Virus record (IMG/VR): IMGVR_UViG_3300015265_000001
Location: 1-64,000 of that record
DNA: 64,000 bases
Reading direction: 5' to 3' (one strand)
Shown here: positions 8,457 to 17,704 of the stretch, piece after piece
Numbering within the stretch: the stretch's first letter is position 1
How the letters are laid out: each line of letters opens with the position of its first letter
Translations under genes and position numbers: made by a program
Notes under the pieces: model-generated
Told to the model about the DNA's origin: nothing
Databases searched by the model: none
The model's input: the letters and a program-made list of their open reading frames with translations, nothing else

Positions 8457-9974
8457 ATGGACGATATTATTCCCACGATAAACATGGTCGTTTATCTCAT
8501 TGCAAACGCCTTAGAACCCAAGGAAGGTCGTCGTAAACATCATTACTACCTGGGTGGCCATGGTTATACCTATGATGTGAACGAAGAGGGCAAAAAGAAA
8601 CTGGCCAAAGATGTAGCCACCTCGACAGGTTACTACACCGGCAACAAACAGAAACCGAACACCGTGGTTGTAGTACAGGATATCGTCAGTCTGACTGTTC
8701 CCAATGCACACAGTTATATTGACAGCTTGTTGAAAGGATTCTTGGAGGTTCTGAAACTAGCCAACGAACGTAAGCAAAAGAACCTGTGGATTGTAACACC
8801 CCACAAGGAACTGGAGCTGATCAGTAAGTTGCAGGAACCCGCGTGGAATGTAGTATCTGGGCAGGATGTGAAAGTTGGTAAGTACACCTTGTCCAAAGAA
8901 GAGATCAAAACCGGTCTCGAAGTTTACGAACAGCTGGAGATTCTGAAGAACGACAAGGAACGCAAGTTATTCTTCGATCTTCCGGGTTCTGCTGAAGGCG
9001 GCATGGGTAACCGGCTTGCACATAAGCAGATGGAAATTGCTGAAATATCCAGCGTATGGGGTCATGAGCAGAAGCCGAATATTTCGGTAATGTCTCGTAA
9101 GGAATACGAGAACCCAGAGACGGATTTTAACAAGATAGTCAGCGCCAGCCGTTGGTACTTCGAAACCGGGCAGTTCGAGAAGTTTTACGACTTGCTCCAC
9201 GGGTATCGGGTTTACAGCTTTGGTAAAGTTGAACCTGATAAAAACTATTACGGCAAGATTACCCCTGACGTTACGTACTCGAAGTTGTATACACTGACTC
9301 CGATCACGTTACTGGACAAGATGTTCGAGTTTACTGCCAAAAAGATTGCGAACCCAGACGGGTACCTGTCGGCAGGAACACTCAACAATCTGACGAGTAA
9401 AGACGTTGCTCGCATGTTGGATACCATTCCTGCTGTTAAGGAAGATAATAACCTTGTCTCGCCTGTTACTAAGGGCAATGGTAAGCCGGTATTGATCGAG
9501 TTGATCTCTCCGGTTTTGATGTCGTATCGTATCCGTGAGTTCTTGGACACCATGGACATTGTACTCGAGTCTTTCCTCAAGAAGGATGAGAACAACGTCT
9601 TTGGCGACACCAAGTTCTACAACATCACGGACATGATCTACGTCAAGGAAACCAACGGCAAGGGCATTACCAAGGTGAAGTTGCATCCTGACTTCAACCA
9701 ACTGAAGACAACCTTTAAGGTTCCGGTCGAACACCGTAATGCGGTTAAGCCGGTTCTGCTCACGTTGTCTGTAGGGTATGACCTTCCAGAGCGTAACGCG
9801 TTTAACTCGGTCGAAGATCCTGATGTGGAAGTGTGGGTGGCGGTTGACTCCCGTAACGCACAAGGCATGCGTTACTGCACACTGGTAAAGACAAACGACT
9901 TTATCTACGTGCACACCAGCGCAGGAGCAAACCTTCGGGTGTTGTCAGAAGCAGAGTTGGGCAGAAAGTCATAA
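8457..9974 (+). CDS. RNase H-like protein (phiKZ gp155-like), catalytic motifs apparently degenerate
   Basis: Syntenic with UvsX. GMGNRLAH resembles the RNase HI GNxxAD motif, and the N-terminal strand VVYLIAN occupies the usual IYTDG position. Confidence 0.55.
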   Translation: MDDIIPTINMVVYLIANALEPKEGRRKHHYYLGGHGYTYDVNEEGKKKLAKDVATSTGYYTGNKQKPNTVVVVQDIVSLTVPNAHSYIDSLLKGFLEVLKLANERKQKNLWIVTPHKELELISKLQEPAWNVVSGQDVKVGKYTLSKEEIKTGLEVYEQLEILKNDKERKLFFDLPGSAEGGMGNRLAHKQMEIAEISSVWGHEQKPNISVMSRKEYENPETDFNKIVSASRWYFETGQFEKFYDLLHGYRVYSFGKVEPDKNYYGKITPDVTYSKLYTLTPITLLDKMFEFTAKKIANPDGYLSAGTLNNLTSKDVARMLDTIPAVKEDNNLVSPVTKGNGKPVLIELISPVLMSYRIREFLDTMDIVLESFLKKDENNVFGDTKFYNITDMIYVKETNGKGITKVKLHPDFNQLKTTFKVPVEHRNAVKPVLLTLSVGYDLPERNAFNSVEDPDVEVWVAVDSRNAQGMRYCTLVKTNDFIYVHTSAGANLRVLSEAELGRKS

Positions 9975-9982
9975 AGTGCCTA

Positions 9983-10018
9983 CTAACTACAGGAGCCTGT
10001 GTGGGCTCCTGTAGTTAG
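9983..10018. terminator. 15-bp hairpin between convergent genes, followed by TTATGGCTGCTTTTT
   Basis: CTAACTACAGGAGCC-tgtgtg-GGCTCCTGTAGTTAG. Confidence 0.8.
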
Positions 10019-10033
10019 GTTTATGGCTGCTTT

Positions 10034-10855
10034 TTATTTCAGGGTGGAGATGGTCTTGACTTGTTCGTTGAACACCGCGGTGAGGTCGTTCAGGAGCACC
10101 AGGATGGCACCCGAGAGGTTCACCAGGCCAACAAACTTGTTGACGATGGTTTCGATGTCGTCGATGCCTTGTTCGCGGATCACCAGTTCGTTGCTTTTGA
10201 TCTTCTGAACCAACAGTTCACCGAGTTCGTACACACCGGTCAGTTGCTTGGCCAGAATCTCGATGTCGCGTGCACCCAGCGTTTGCACAGTGGCGTTGAA
10301 GGCATCAATGCAGGCAAAGAACTCGTCGAAGTTGAAGTACACCTGACCGAGAGTAAACTTCAGTTTACGGCTGTCGGTAGGCAGTTGACGAACAAAGTTT
10401 TCGGTTTTGTTCAGTGCATTGTCGAAGTCGCGGATCGACCAGTTGAAGCTGCGATCGATACGGCCGGTACGAATGATTTGCTTCAGCCAATCATATAGTC
10501 TCGACGCCTCGGTTTTCAAACTGCACACGATGTAGATGCCGTCAGTCACCGCTTTGGTGTGCGCCATCATGTTGCCCATGCCGGCCGCGTAACCTTCAGG
10601 AGTCAGGAGCTCCACCCCGGTATTTTTGACGTACATCACTTTGTTGGCACGGATGTTCTGATGTGCCGCTGAAGCATCTACCTTGTGGATCGACCGGCTC
10701 AGGGTCGCCATGCGGTTGTCGATCGAGGAAGTGAACTCTTTAAAGAACAGATTAAAGTTTTCACCCAGGCTCAGGGCTTCAAAGCCTTGAACAGTAAAAG
10801 GTTCTGGTTTTTTGACCAGTGCCAAGTAGTTAGGGGTGTCGGTAGATTGTTCCAT
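10034..10855 (-). CDS. Putative virion head protein
   Basis: 273 aa, helical, with a GAGG RBS and a candidate protease site QGFE|A at E26. It lies between the RNase H-like gene and UvsX, as in phiKZ-like phages. Confidence 0.55.
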   Translation of the reverse strand: MEQSTDTPNYLALVKKPEPFTVQGFEALSLGENFNLFFKEFTSSIDNRMATLSRSIHKVDASAAHQNIRANKVMYVKNTGVELLTPEGYAAGMGNMMAHTKAVTDGIYIVCSLKTEASRLYDWLKQIIRTGRIDRSFNWSIRDFDNALNKTENFVRQLPTDSRKLKFTLGQVYFNFDEFFACIDAFNATVQTLGARDIEILAKQLTGVYELGELLVQKIKSNELVIREQGIDDIETIVNKFVGLVNLSGAILVLLNDLTAVFNEQVKTISTLK

Positions 10856-10959
10856 TACTGACCTCTGTATTCATATAGTTTGGGGGAGGGCAGTTTGCCC
10901 AATAATGATTGGGCGGATGGCCCCTGGATTGAATTCATAAAATTATCAGGAAGAGCGCA

Positions 10960-12450
10960 ATGTCAAGTCCGCTTTCTTTTATCGCCGACATCAAATCATC
11001 TGATTCGCTGATTCCGGCTTATAATGTGTCGCCAATCAACGACATGATCAACGGCGAACACGTGATCGGCAAGGACGGCATCACGTACCTCAATGGCGGT
11101 GCTTGCCGTAACAACGCAGTAACCGGTGGTAACAACACGCAGAAAACTGGTGAAGCCGCTTTACAGATCGTTCGTATGTTGTTCCGACATCAAACGTCTG
11201 TTGCGTTCGTCATGGACATCGAGGCCACGTTGTCGGTTAAACGTATGGCCGACATGTATGACCGTGAATGTGGTATTCCGGGTTACTTCAACGAACACGT
11301 TCTCGGTAAACGCTTCTTCTACTTCAACCGTAACGACCACAAGGCCAACCCGTTCGGTCGTCTGGATCCAAAGGCTGAGATCGCCGGTGTGGATGGCACC
11401 TGGGTTCACAACTTCTTCAAAGACCTCAACACGAAGGTTAAAGAAGACATCAAGGCCAAGAAAGACATTTACATCGAAACGCCGTACCTCGGTAACGATG
11501 GTTTGCCAATCAAGCAGATCACCCCTATCGTTACCTTTGTGGACTCGATCTCCGAGATGCACTTCCACAAGATCTCCGCACACTTCCAAGACGGTGACGT
11601 CGACGAAGGCGGCGAGAAGCGTACTCGCGATATGGCAATCGGTAACATGCGTCGTATCGTCTACGAAGATGCTGACGTACTCGGCGGTGAAATCCACGCT
11701 GTACAGTTCTGGACTGCTCAGGTTGTTGACACCATCAACATGACCGGCCGTCCTCAGGAAAAGGAATCGGTCTTCATCCGTCCTGGTAAGAAACTCAAGG
11801 GGCCGAAGTCGATGATGCGCATCCCACAAGTGGGCTGGGAGATCATCAAAGGTTCCGCATTGAAGAACGGCCAAGAATGGCTGTACCCCAACCCGTATGG
11901 ACGAGACATTTTTGTTGATGCAGATGCTAAAGAAAACCCTGATCTTTTGTTCTACCCATTTACTGCCTATCGTAACAAGAGTGGCAGCAGTGGTGGCAGT
12001 TTCTTCTTTATTGGTTCCCAAAGTCTAGGGATCCAGGAAGGTCTGACCATGTATCATGCTATGAAAACGAATGGCATGTTCGGTCTCGAAGGTTCGGCTA
12101 TCAGCCACGCCTGCGTACTCTATCCTGAGCTGAAGCTGGGTCGTACCACCGTTTGGGAAAAGACCCTGATCGATGCCAAGCTGGACCGTGCGTTGACCAT
12201 CTGCTATCAGATGCTGCACATGCAGGCCTTCTGGCTGGATACACCGAAGCGTTATCGCATCACACCCCAAGAACTCTACGCGAAGATCAAAGAGCAGGGG
12301 TATAGCTGGGACGACATTCTGGAAAACACCGTGTACTACTGGCACACGAACCCAGAGATCAAGAAGCACACCGTCTCGACTATGGAGCTGTTGAAAATTG
12401 CGCTCGGCGAGCGTAAGCCGTACTGGCTTGAAAAGAAAGCCGCTAAGTAA
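10960..12450 (+). CDS. uvsX: UvsX/RecA-like recombinase (phiKZ gp152-like)
   Basis: Walker A variant TGGNNTQKT, DIEAT motif, Walker B FVDSISE, and RNKSGSSG; the 496-aa size is typical of jumbo-phage UvsX. Confidence 0.85.
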   Translation: MSSPLSFIADIKSSDSLIPAYNVSPINDMINGEHVIGKDGITYLNGGACRNNAVTGGNNTQKTGEAALQIVRMLFRHQTSVAFVMDIEATLSVKRMADMYDRECGIPGYFNEHVLGKRFFYFNRNDHKANPFGRLDPKAEIAGVDGTWVHNFFKDLNTKVKEDIKAKKDIYIETPYLGNDGLPIKQITPIVTFVDSISEMHFHKISAHFQDGDVDEGGEKRTRDMAIGNMRRIVYEDADVLGGEIHAVQFWTAQVVDTINMTGRPQEKESVFIRPGKKLKGPKSMMRIPQVGWEIIKGSALKNGQEWLYPNPYGRDIFVDADAKENPDLLFYPFTAYRNKSGSSGGSFFFIGSQSLGIQEGLTMYHAMKTNGMFGLEGSAISHACVLYPELKLGRTTVWEKTLIDAKLDRALTICYQMLHMQAFWLDTPKRYRITPQELYAKIKEQGYSWDDILENTVYYWHTNPEIKKHTVSTMELLKIALGERKPYWLEKKAAK

Positions 12451-12461
12451 CGCGGCAATGT

Positions 12462-12490
12462 ATAGGGGACTCAATTCATCGAGTCCCTAT
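12462..12490 (+). terminator. Putative intrinsic terminator after uvsX
   Basis: ATAGGGGACTC…GAGTCCCTAT stem followed by a T-rich run. Confidence 0.55.
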
Positions 12491-12512
12491 TCTTATTTAG
12501 GGGATTGCGGGC

Positions 12513-12884
12513 ATGGATACTGAACAATGTGGAAACGTCGTGTTGGTGGTTGCCGACAGTAATTTTATCAACATCTGCGCTGATCCTTTTGGTTACATGG
12601 CCAACTTGAAAGCCAAGTTGGCTGAACGCTCAGAAGACGGCATTACCATGTTTACTGTTTCTGGTAAGTACGGTCTGGGTAACGTTGACGAATCCATTCA
12701 AGTGATTCCGGTCGACGACAAGAACAAAACTGTGTTCGGTCAAACGTTGGAAAACGTAACCATGCTGTTCGACCGCCTGGTGACCATCACGATCGCACAA
12801 AACGATCCCTTCCTCTCGATGGCGTGTGAGGTGGTGACGAACGCCAACAAGCCTTACACCAAGTACGGGTACCTGAGGAAGTAA
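12513..12884 (+). CDS. Hypothetical protein
   Basis: 123-aa ORF with an RBS, 2 nt upstream of the next gene. Confidence 0.75.
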   Translation: MDTEQCGNVVLVVADSNFINICADPFGYMANLKAKLAERSEDGITMFTVSGKYGLGNVDESIQVIPVDDKNKTVFGQTLENVTMLFDRLVTITIAQNDPFLSMACEVVTNANKPYTKYGYLRK

Positions 12885-12886
12885 TC

Positions 12887-13567
12887 ATGGCAAAGAACCG
12901 TAAAGGATTCGAAGACTTTATCCTGACCTTTATGGGTAAAGTCACCAAGGGCGGTGGCAACCGGGTGATCTACGAGCGCCTGTTCAAAGCCATGAATGAC
13001 AAGCAGATGGATGTTTTCGTCGACAAGCTTGAAGAAATTGGAGTACTGGCCATCTGGGGGAGTAACAATGACCCGGATGAGATGATCGATTGGGAAAACC
13101 TCAAAAAGCTTGCAAAGGAATACGGGATTTCCATCGAACAGCGTTTGGTAATCTACGACGAGGAAACGGGCATCAAGTCGATGACTCCGTACACCGCGAT
13201 CGTTGGTACTGATGTACTGCGTAAGCAACGTCAGATGTGGGTAAAAAAGTTCTCCGCTGCCAAAGACGACACAAAAATCGACGACCTCACAGGGCAGGTC
13301 ATGGGTGACAGCCGTTCGACTGGTATCAGTCAGCCTGAAATCACTGTACTCCGGAACCTCGGACTTACGATCATGGCGAACGAGCTGTACAACGTCAAGG
13401 GTGGTGATCAGCAGGCCCTGCGTGCGTACAAGAACGACATCCTCACCACGGGTAAGACCAACACCAACTCCAGTCTGGAGCGGGGCGATATCGCCAAGGT
13501 GTTGAAAACCGCTCACTTCCTGATGCGGGCTCGTGGTATCGACAACAACTTTGATTCCCGGAGATAA
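12887..13567 (+). CDS. Virion RNA polymerase beta-subunit C-terminal part (phiKZ gp149-like)
   Basis: LRKQRQMWVKKFS…IDDLTGQV.GDSR..ISQPE…E..NVKGGD resembles the RpoB C-terminal motifs (L.HMV.DK…S.VTQQP.GG…GEME). Confidence 0.8.
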   Translation: MAKNRKGFEDFILTFMGKVTKGGGNRVIYERLFKAMNDKQMDVFVDKLEEIGVLAIWGSNNDPDEMIDWENLKKLAKEYGISIEQRLVIYDEETGIKSMTPYTAIVGTDVLRKQRQMWVKKFSAAKDDTKIDDLTGQVMGDSRSTGISQPEITVLRNLGLTIMANELYNVKGGDQQALRAYKNDILTTGKTNTNSSLERGDIAKVLKTAHFLMRARGIDNNFDSRR

Positions 13568-13575
13568 GGTGCACC

Positions 13576-14022
13576 ATGGAAGACATGAATGACCTGTTGC
13601 ACCTTAAGCTGGTGATCAACAACGCGTTAATCGATCTTCAGCCTAAGGACATCCCTGGTTTGAAGATTCCAATGTCGACTGTCTTTTTGGTTCCGTTGGT
13701 TCGCTTCGGTGAGGGCTACGACGATTTCTTCAAAGGCGTCGGCAACGACGGTGAAGCTTACGACGCCTGGATCGGCTTCCAAATGCAGGTACTCACCGAC
13801 CTGGGTGCAAAGCGTGAACAGCTGATCGATCAGTTTGAAAAGCTGCTCCAGAGTGTAATCCAGGGTACGCCGGGTGGAGAGATCGCCAAGCAGCATAACG
13901 ACCACAGAGCACTGTCTTACCTTGTTCTGCTGGCAGTCCGTGTTTACGGCGACGCCATGCGCCTGGAAGTCACCCCTCCCGCTGACAACGCGAAAGGTGG
14001 TGAGAAGGGTGAACAGAAATGA
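13576..14022 (+). CDS. Hypothetical protein
   Basis: 148-aa ORF with an AAGG RBS and an ATGA overlap with the next gene. Confidence 0.75.
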   Translation: MEDMNDLLHLKLVINNALIDLQPKDIPGLKIPMSTVFLVPLVRFGEGYDDFFKGVGNDGEAYDAWIGFQMQVLTDLGAKREQLIDQFEKLLQSVIQGTPGGEIAKQHNDHRALSYLVLLAVRVYGDAMRLEVTPPADNAKGGEKGEQK

Positions 14023-14756
14023 ACCGGGTCTTGGAAATCTATACGGAGATTGATTGCATCTATGATCCCCGTCGCGGTTTGCTCAGTCTGTTGATGACTG
14101 AGGGTATCGAAGACGATGCCAAGCGTAAGGCCGAAGGTGATCGGCTGTGGGAACTGCATATCGCCAAGAACTACAAGGAACGTGAATTCGACACCTTCAG
14201 CTACCCGTTCTTCAAGATCGATCGCGAGAAGTATGAGGGTGTCTGGAAGAAGCGTTCTCTGAGCGACTGGCTGATGTACTACCCCTCCAACTTCTACAAC
14301 GACTTCCTCCGCACGGTGGTTGAGTTGGAACAGTTGGATGAACGACCGGTAGCCATCAAGACGGTTAACCTGAATGTCAACACCTTTCCTTATGAGTTTG
14401 ACCAGGCAATGTTGGATGACTTTATCCTGCACTGTCGGGCGGCCTTTAAAGGGTTGGTAACGGTCAAGACGTTCAGCAGTGATCCGGCGAAGATGACGTC
14501 GTCGTATTACAAACAGTTCCGTTACGTGTTTAAGTACGACTCGTTGATCGGTGAGGATTCCAAGCTGTTGATGGAGTCGCTGAGTAAATTGCCGATTCCG
14601 AATACCGCGTTCATTGTGCCAGACATCCTGGCCAAGAAACTCGATACCTTTACTGGCAGTCCATCTGATCTGATCTTCAGTCTCAGTCTGTCGGTTGGTA
14701 CGGCGATTACCTTGATCCCGATCAAGCACCAGTTCTTTGATTATTCTGAAAAATAG
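14019..14756 (+). CDS. Conserved jumbo-phage hypothetical protein
   Basis: 245 aa; IYTEIDCIYDPR N-terminus and NVNTFPYEF motif; coupled ATGA start. Confidence 0.75.
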   Translation: MNRVLEIYTEIDCIYDPRRGLLSLLMTEGIEDDAKRKAEGDRLWELHIAKNYKEREFDTFSYPFFKIDREKYEGVWKKRSLSDWLMYYPSNFYNDFLRTVVELEQLDERPVAIKTVNLNVNTFPYEFDQAMLDDFILHCRAAFKGLVTVKTFSSDPAKMTSSYYKQFRYVFKYDSLIGEDSKLLMESLSKLPIPNTAFIVPDILAKKLDTFTGSPSDLIFSLSLSVGTAITLIPIKHQFFDYSEK

Positions 14757-14765
14757 TCATCCTCA

Positions 14766-14795
14766 CTAGAGTGGAGGCGTGAGCCTCCACTCTAG
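14766..14795. terminator. 13-bp GNRA-loop hairpin between convergent genes
   Basis: CTAGAGTGGAGGC-gtga-GCCTCCACTCTAG followed by CTTTT. Confidence 0.8.
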
Positions 14796-14816
14796 CTTTT
14801 ACGCGGTCTATTATTT

Positions 14817-15374
14817 TTACACAGCGTTGCCATCAATATCGACCAGACTGTTGCCCTGCACCAATTCTTCTGGTTTGATCGGAGCAACCTCCTTGACGCC
14901 TTCCAACAGTGACTTGTTCGGATCGAGCAAGAAGTTGGACATGTCGAATACCGGCAATGCTACTGCGCCACTGCTGATGCTCTTCATGGCTTCCAGCATC
15001 TGGTTGAAAGCCAGTACGTTGGTTTCGCCTTCTTTCTTTTTGGCTTTTTCCTTACGGTTATCCCGTACGGTTTTTTCCATGTGTCCCAACAGAGAACTGA
15101 CGCCTTCCAGAAGAGAGGCGCTGCTCGGTTTGGACAGGTATTGCATCATCGCGTAGTTGAGCGCCAGTGCGCGACCTTGTTGGATAGCCTCTACCAGTTT
15201 GTTCTGGTCTTCGTCTTCCAGGTCAGCTGTCAGCGCTTTACGCAAGGTTTCCATCATGGCAGCGGCTTCGTCGTCTTCGGTCTTGTGCTTCTTATCAAGA
15301 TCAGACATCGTGTCCGCAAAAGGGGAGATCTCCTTTGGAGGGACAACTTTTACTGCTTCTTCTGTGGTGTCCAT
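14817..15374 (-). CDS. Hypothetical acidic helical protein
   Basis: 185-aa ORF with an AGG RBS, ending at the hairpin. Confidence 0.75.
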   Translation of the reverse strand: MDTTEEAVKVVPPKEISPFADTMSDLDKKHKTEDDEAAAMMETLRKALTADLEDEDQNKLVEAIQQGRALALNYAMMQYLSKPSSASLLEGVSSLLGHMEKTVRDNRKEKAKKKEGETNVLAFNQMLEAMKSISSGAVALPVFDMSNFLLDPNKSLLEGVKEVAPIKPEELVQGNSLVDIDGNAV

Positions 15375-15376
15375 AA

Positions 15377-15396
15377 TTTTTTAAACCTATATTACT
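15377..15396 (+). promoter_or_regulatory. phiKZ-type early (virion RNAP) promoter motif
   Basis: TTTTTTAAACCTATATTACT. The same CCTATATTACT core recurs at 39432 and 44462, and TATATTAC is the established phiKZ early promoter core. Confidence 0.75.
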
Positions 15397-15425
15397 AGTT
15401 AGAGAGCAGTAAGGAGCATGGATTC

Positions 15426-16052
15426 ATGATACTCACTAAACGTTCGTTGTTACAGCTGTTGGGGAAGGTTCCTTTTGTGGGTAAATGGGCACAAAAGGAA
15501 CACTGCAATATGTTACTGGCTCAATTCGATGAGGTTCAAAGAGGTTACGGGTCTGCAAAGGTCCGTTTTATTGACTCTGTGACACTTCTATACGATGCGT
15601 TGCTGGAAGTCGCTGCCTTCGAGCTGAAGGAAGATTTCGACTGGCTGTATACCCTAGAGCTAAGTGTTTACACGCGCACCTCTGGGGAGGCTCACAGGCT
15701 GTTAGAAGGGTTGTTCCGCGGTACGCCCGTCAAGGTGGAGGATGCGTTCCGTAGTTTTGATGTGGGAAGAAAGGTACCGTTCATGGACTGGTACAGCAGT
15801 GGGTATACATCGGAGCTCTTCTTTACGTATGGGGTTAACTTGCTCAAGCTGTACTGTGAACAACACAGTTCGCAGCTTACTCCTGAGCAGGCTAAGGCGA
15901 AGAAGAATTCCTTCAATCCACCACTCGATGCATTCTTGAGCAGCAAGCACTTCAAAATGTTAACTGAAGATCTTATCGCAATTGCTCGCTTGATCGTGCA
16001 TTCACAACAAAGGGTGCTCAATGGAGAGGCCAAAGAAAAACCTAAGGGCTAA
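15426..16052 (+). CDS. Hypothetical protein (early)
   Basis: 208 aa, downstream of the early promoter and an AAGGAG element. Confidence 0.75.
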   Translation: MILTKRSLLQLLGKVPFVGKWAQKEHCNMLLAQFDEVQRGYGSAKVRFIDSVTLLYDALLEVAAFELKEDFDWLYTLELSVYTRTSGEAHRLLEGLFRGTPVKVEDAFRSFDVGRKVPFMDWYSSGYTSELFFTYGVNLLKLYCEQHSSQLTPEQAKAKKNSFNPPLDAFLSSKHFKMLTEDLIAIARLIVHSQQRVLNGEAKEKPKG

Positions 16053-16464
16053 TCAGCTCGACAGTATTTCTCATAAATACGTAGACGACGACCAACTCCA
16101 GGATACGCCAGCGCGGTTGTTTCGTAAGCTGCTGCGCAAGATGGACATGAACCCACGTAAGTGGATCAGCTATCTCAGGGACTATCTGGATTGGCGCGTT
16201 ACGACGGAGGATCCTGACGCCGCTAAAGAGGAACGAACCACCCGTACAGGTAACATCAAGGACACGTATTTCCAGAAACCTGGTTTGACGTTTAACAAGT
16301 TTCTGGAGGGGCTTTCAATTTTAAGGATGGCCAAGGTGGAGATTATCTTTAAGGTAACTGACACTGAGGGCAAGGAATATGTCGTTTCGGAAGTACAACG
16401 CATAGTCGGTAAAGACCGTGCGCAGTTACCTCCAGTACGCGACGACGAACCTGAAAGTTCTTGA
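16021..16464 (+). CDS. Conserved jumbo-phage hypothetical protein
   Basis: 147 aa; LFRKLLRKMDM and GNIKDTYF..GLTFNKFLEGL motifs; overlaps the upstream gene by 32 nt. Confidence 0.75.
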   Translation: MERPKKNLRANQLDSISHKYVDDDQLQDTPARLFRKLLRKMDMNPRKWISYLRDYLDWRVTTEDPDAAKEERTTRTGNIKDTYFQKPGLTFNKFLEGLSILRMAKVEIIFKVTDTEGKEYVVSEVQRIVGKDRAQLPPVRDDEPESS

Positions 16465-16476
16465 CCGGTACGGTAT

Positions 16477-16520
16477 AGGTGGGGCGCTTGCCCCACCTCA
16501 ACCTCTTTATTTTTTTGTTT
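16477..16520 (+). terminator. Intrinsic terminator
   Basis: AGGTGGGGC-gctt-GCCCCACCT followed by a T-rich tract. Confidence 0.7.
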
Positions 16521-16535
16521 GAATGGAGAGATCCA

Positions 16536-17642
16536 ATGAACTTATTTGAAGGGCTGGACCTTAGCCCCTCTGTGAGCAGTTTCCAGAGCAATACCAACAC
16601 TGCCATGAAGTCGGTCAAGGAATCCTCTTTGACGCCGGCAGACGTTACCACAGCCAACCAGAAACAGGGTGTGGCGTTAAAGACCAGTCGTGACACTGGT
16701 GTAATGGGAACCATCAGTGAATACCGCTCGACTGCGGTAGAACAACTGAACGGCATTATCGGCTCTCTGTCGGGCGGTATCCTGAATCTCAAGGATCTCA
16801 CCAAAAGCATCAAGATGGGTCCTGATGGGGTGGTCTTCAGTGAGAACGCCATTATCTCGGCCGTAACGGGTGCGGCGGGTTACAAGATCAACGGTGGTCA
16901 GAATGGTGCTGCTCGTGCACTGTCTGCATCGTTGGCTGAGGAGTTCAGGAAGATTACTGGTTTGAATATCGGTAACATCTTGACCACCAACGGCACCAAC
17001 TTCCGTATCAACGATAACTGGCGGGGTCAACTGGGTAAGCAAGCGTTGAACATGGTGGGTAAAGCCGCTGGCTTGGATGACCTGCTCGACGTCAGTGTTA
17101 AGGGTGCGTTCTATAACAGCGTGCTGAAGAACGCAACCATCTTCGGCATGTCTGACAGTTACCGCAAGATCTGGGATTCCTATCCGAAAGGATTTGAACT
17201 GATCAAGCGGGATGCTGCACTGGAAGCCATGCAGAACGTGATCACCAATGGTGACATCGAATCCATGGATGCCATGCTGAAACTGTTCGATACACAGACC
17301 AAGAACGTGTTGCTGGGTAAATACCCACGATTCGTTTCTGTGTTGTTCAGCAACTTCCGTTTTGATAAGACGGCAATCCCTGAGCAATACCCGGCTATCC
17401 GTGACAAGCTGCTGGCCATTCTGACTGACTTGATTGGTCCTGACTGGTACTTGAAGCAGACTTACTTCGGTAAGGTGTTGGATCTCGGTTTGATGAACTC
17501 TGCCAGTCCGGATTTGATTAAGCTGCTGCAAACGTCGGAAGAACTGGTTCCCCTGTTGTGTACCGCAGGTATATTCCACGACCAGTCTGCATTGTTCCAA
17601 CTGAGAGCTCAGTTTCCTGGTGCCGCACAGTACGCGTTCTAA
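16536..17642 (+). CDS. Putative virion structural protein
   Basis: Start reassigned to ATG 16536 (GGAGAG RBS); 368 aa; adjacent to the tail-lysin block. Confidence 0.65.
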   Translation: MNLFEGLDLSPSVSSFQSNTNTAMKSVKESSLTPADVTTANQKQGVALKTSRDTGVMGTISEYRSTAVEQLNGIIGSLSGGILNLKDLTKSIKMGPDGVVFSENAIISAVTGAAGYKINGGQNGAARALSASLAEEFRKITGLNIGNILTTNGTNFRINDNWRGQLGKQALNMVGKAAGLDDLLDVSVKGAFYNSVLKNATIFGMSDSYRKIWDSYPKGFELIKRDAALEAMQNVITNGDIESMDAMLKLFDTQTKNVLLGKYPRFVSVLFSNFRFDKTAIPEQYPAIRDKLLAILTDLIGPDWYLKQTYFGKVLDLGLMNSASPDLIKLLQTSEELVPLLCTAGIFHDQSALFQLRAQFPGAAQYAF

Positions 17643-17647
17643 ACACG

Positions 17648-17689
17648 CTATAACCCCTCCTACCCTTTGCGGGGTAGGAGGGGTTATAG
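17648..17689. terminator. 18-bp perfect hairpin between convergent genes
   Basis: CTATAACCCCTCCTACCC-tttgcg-GGGTAGGAGGGGTTATAG. Confidence 0.85.
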
Positions 17690-17704
17690 TTACCACTGAG
17701 TTTT

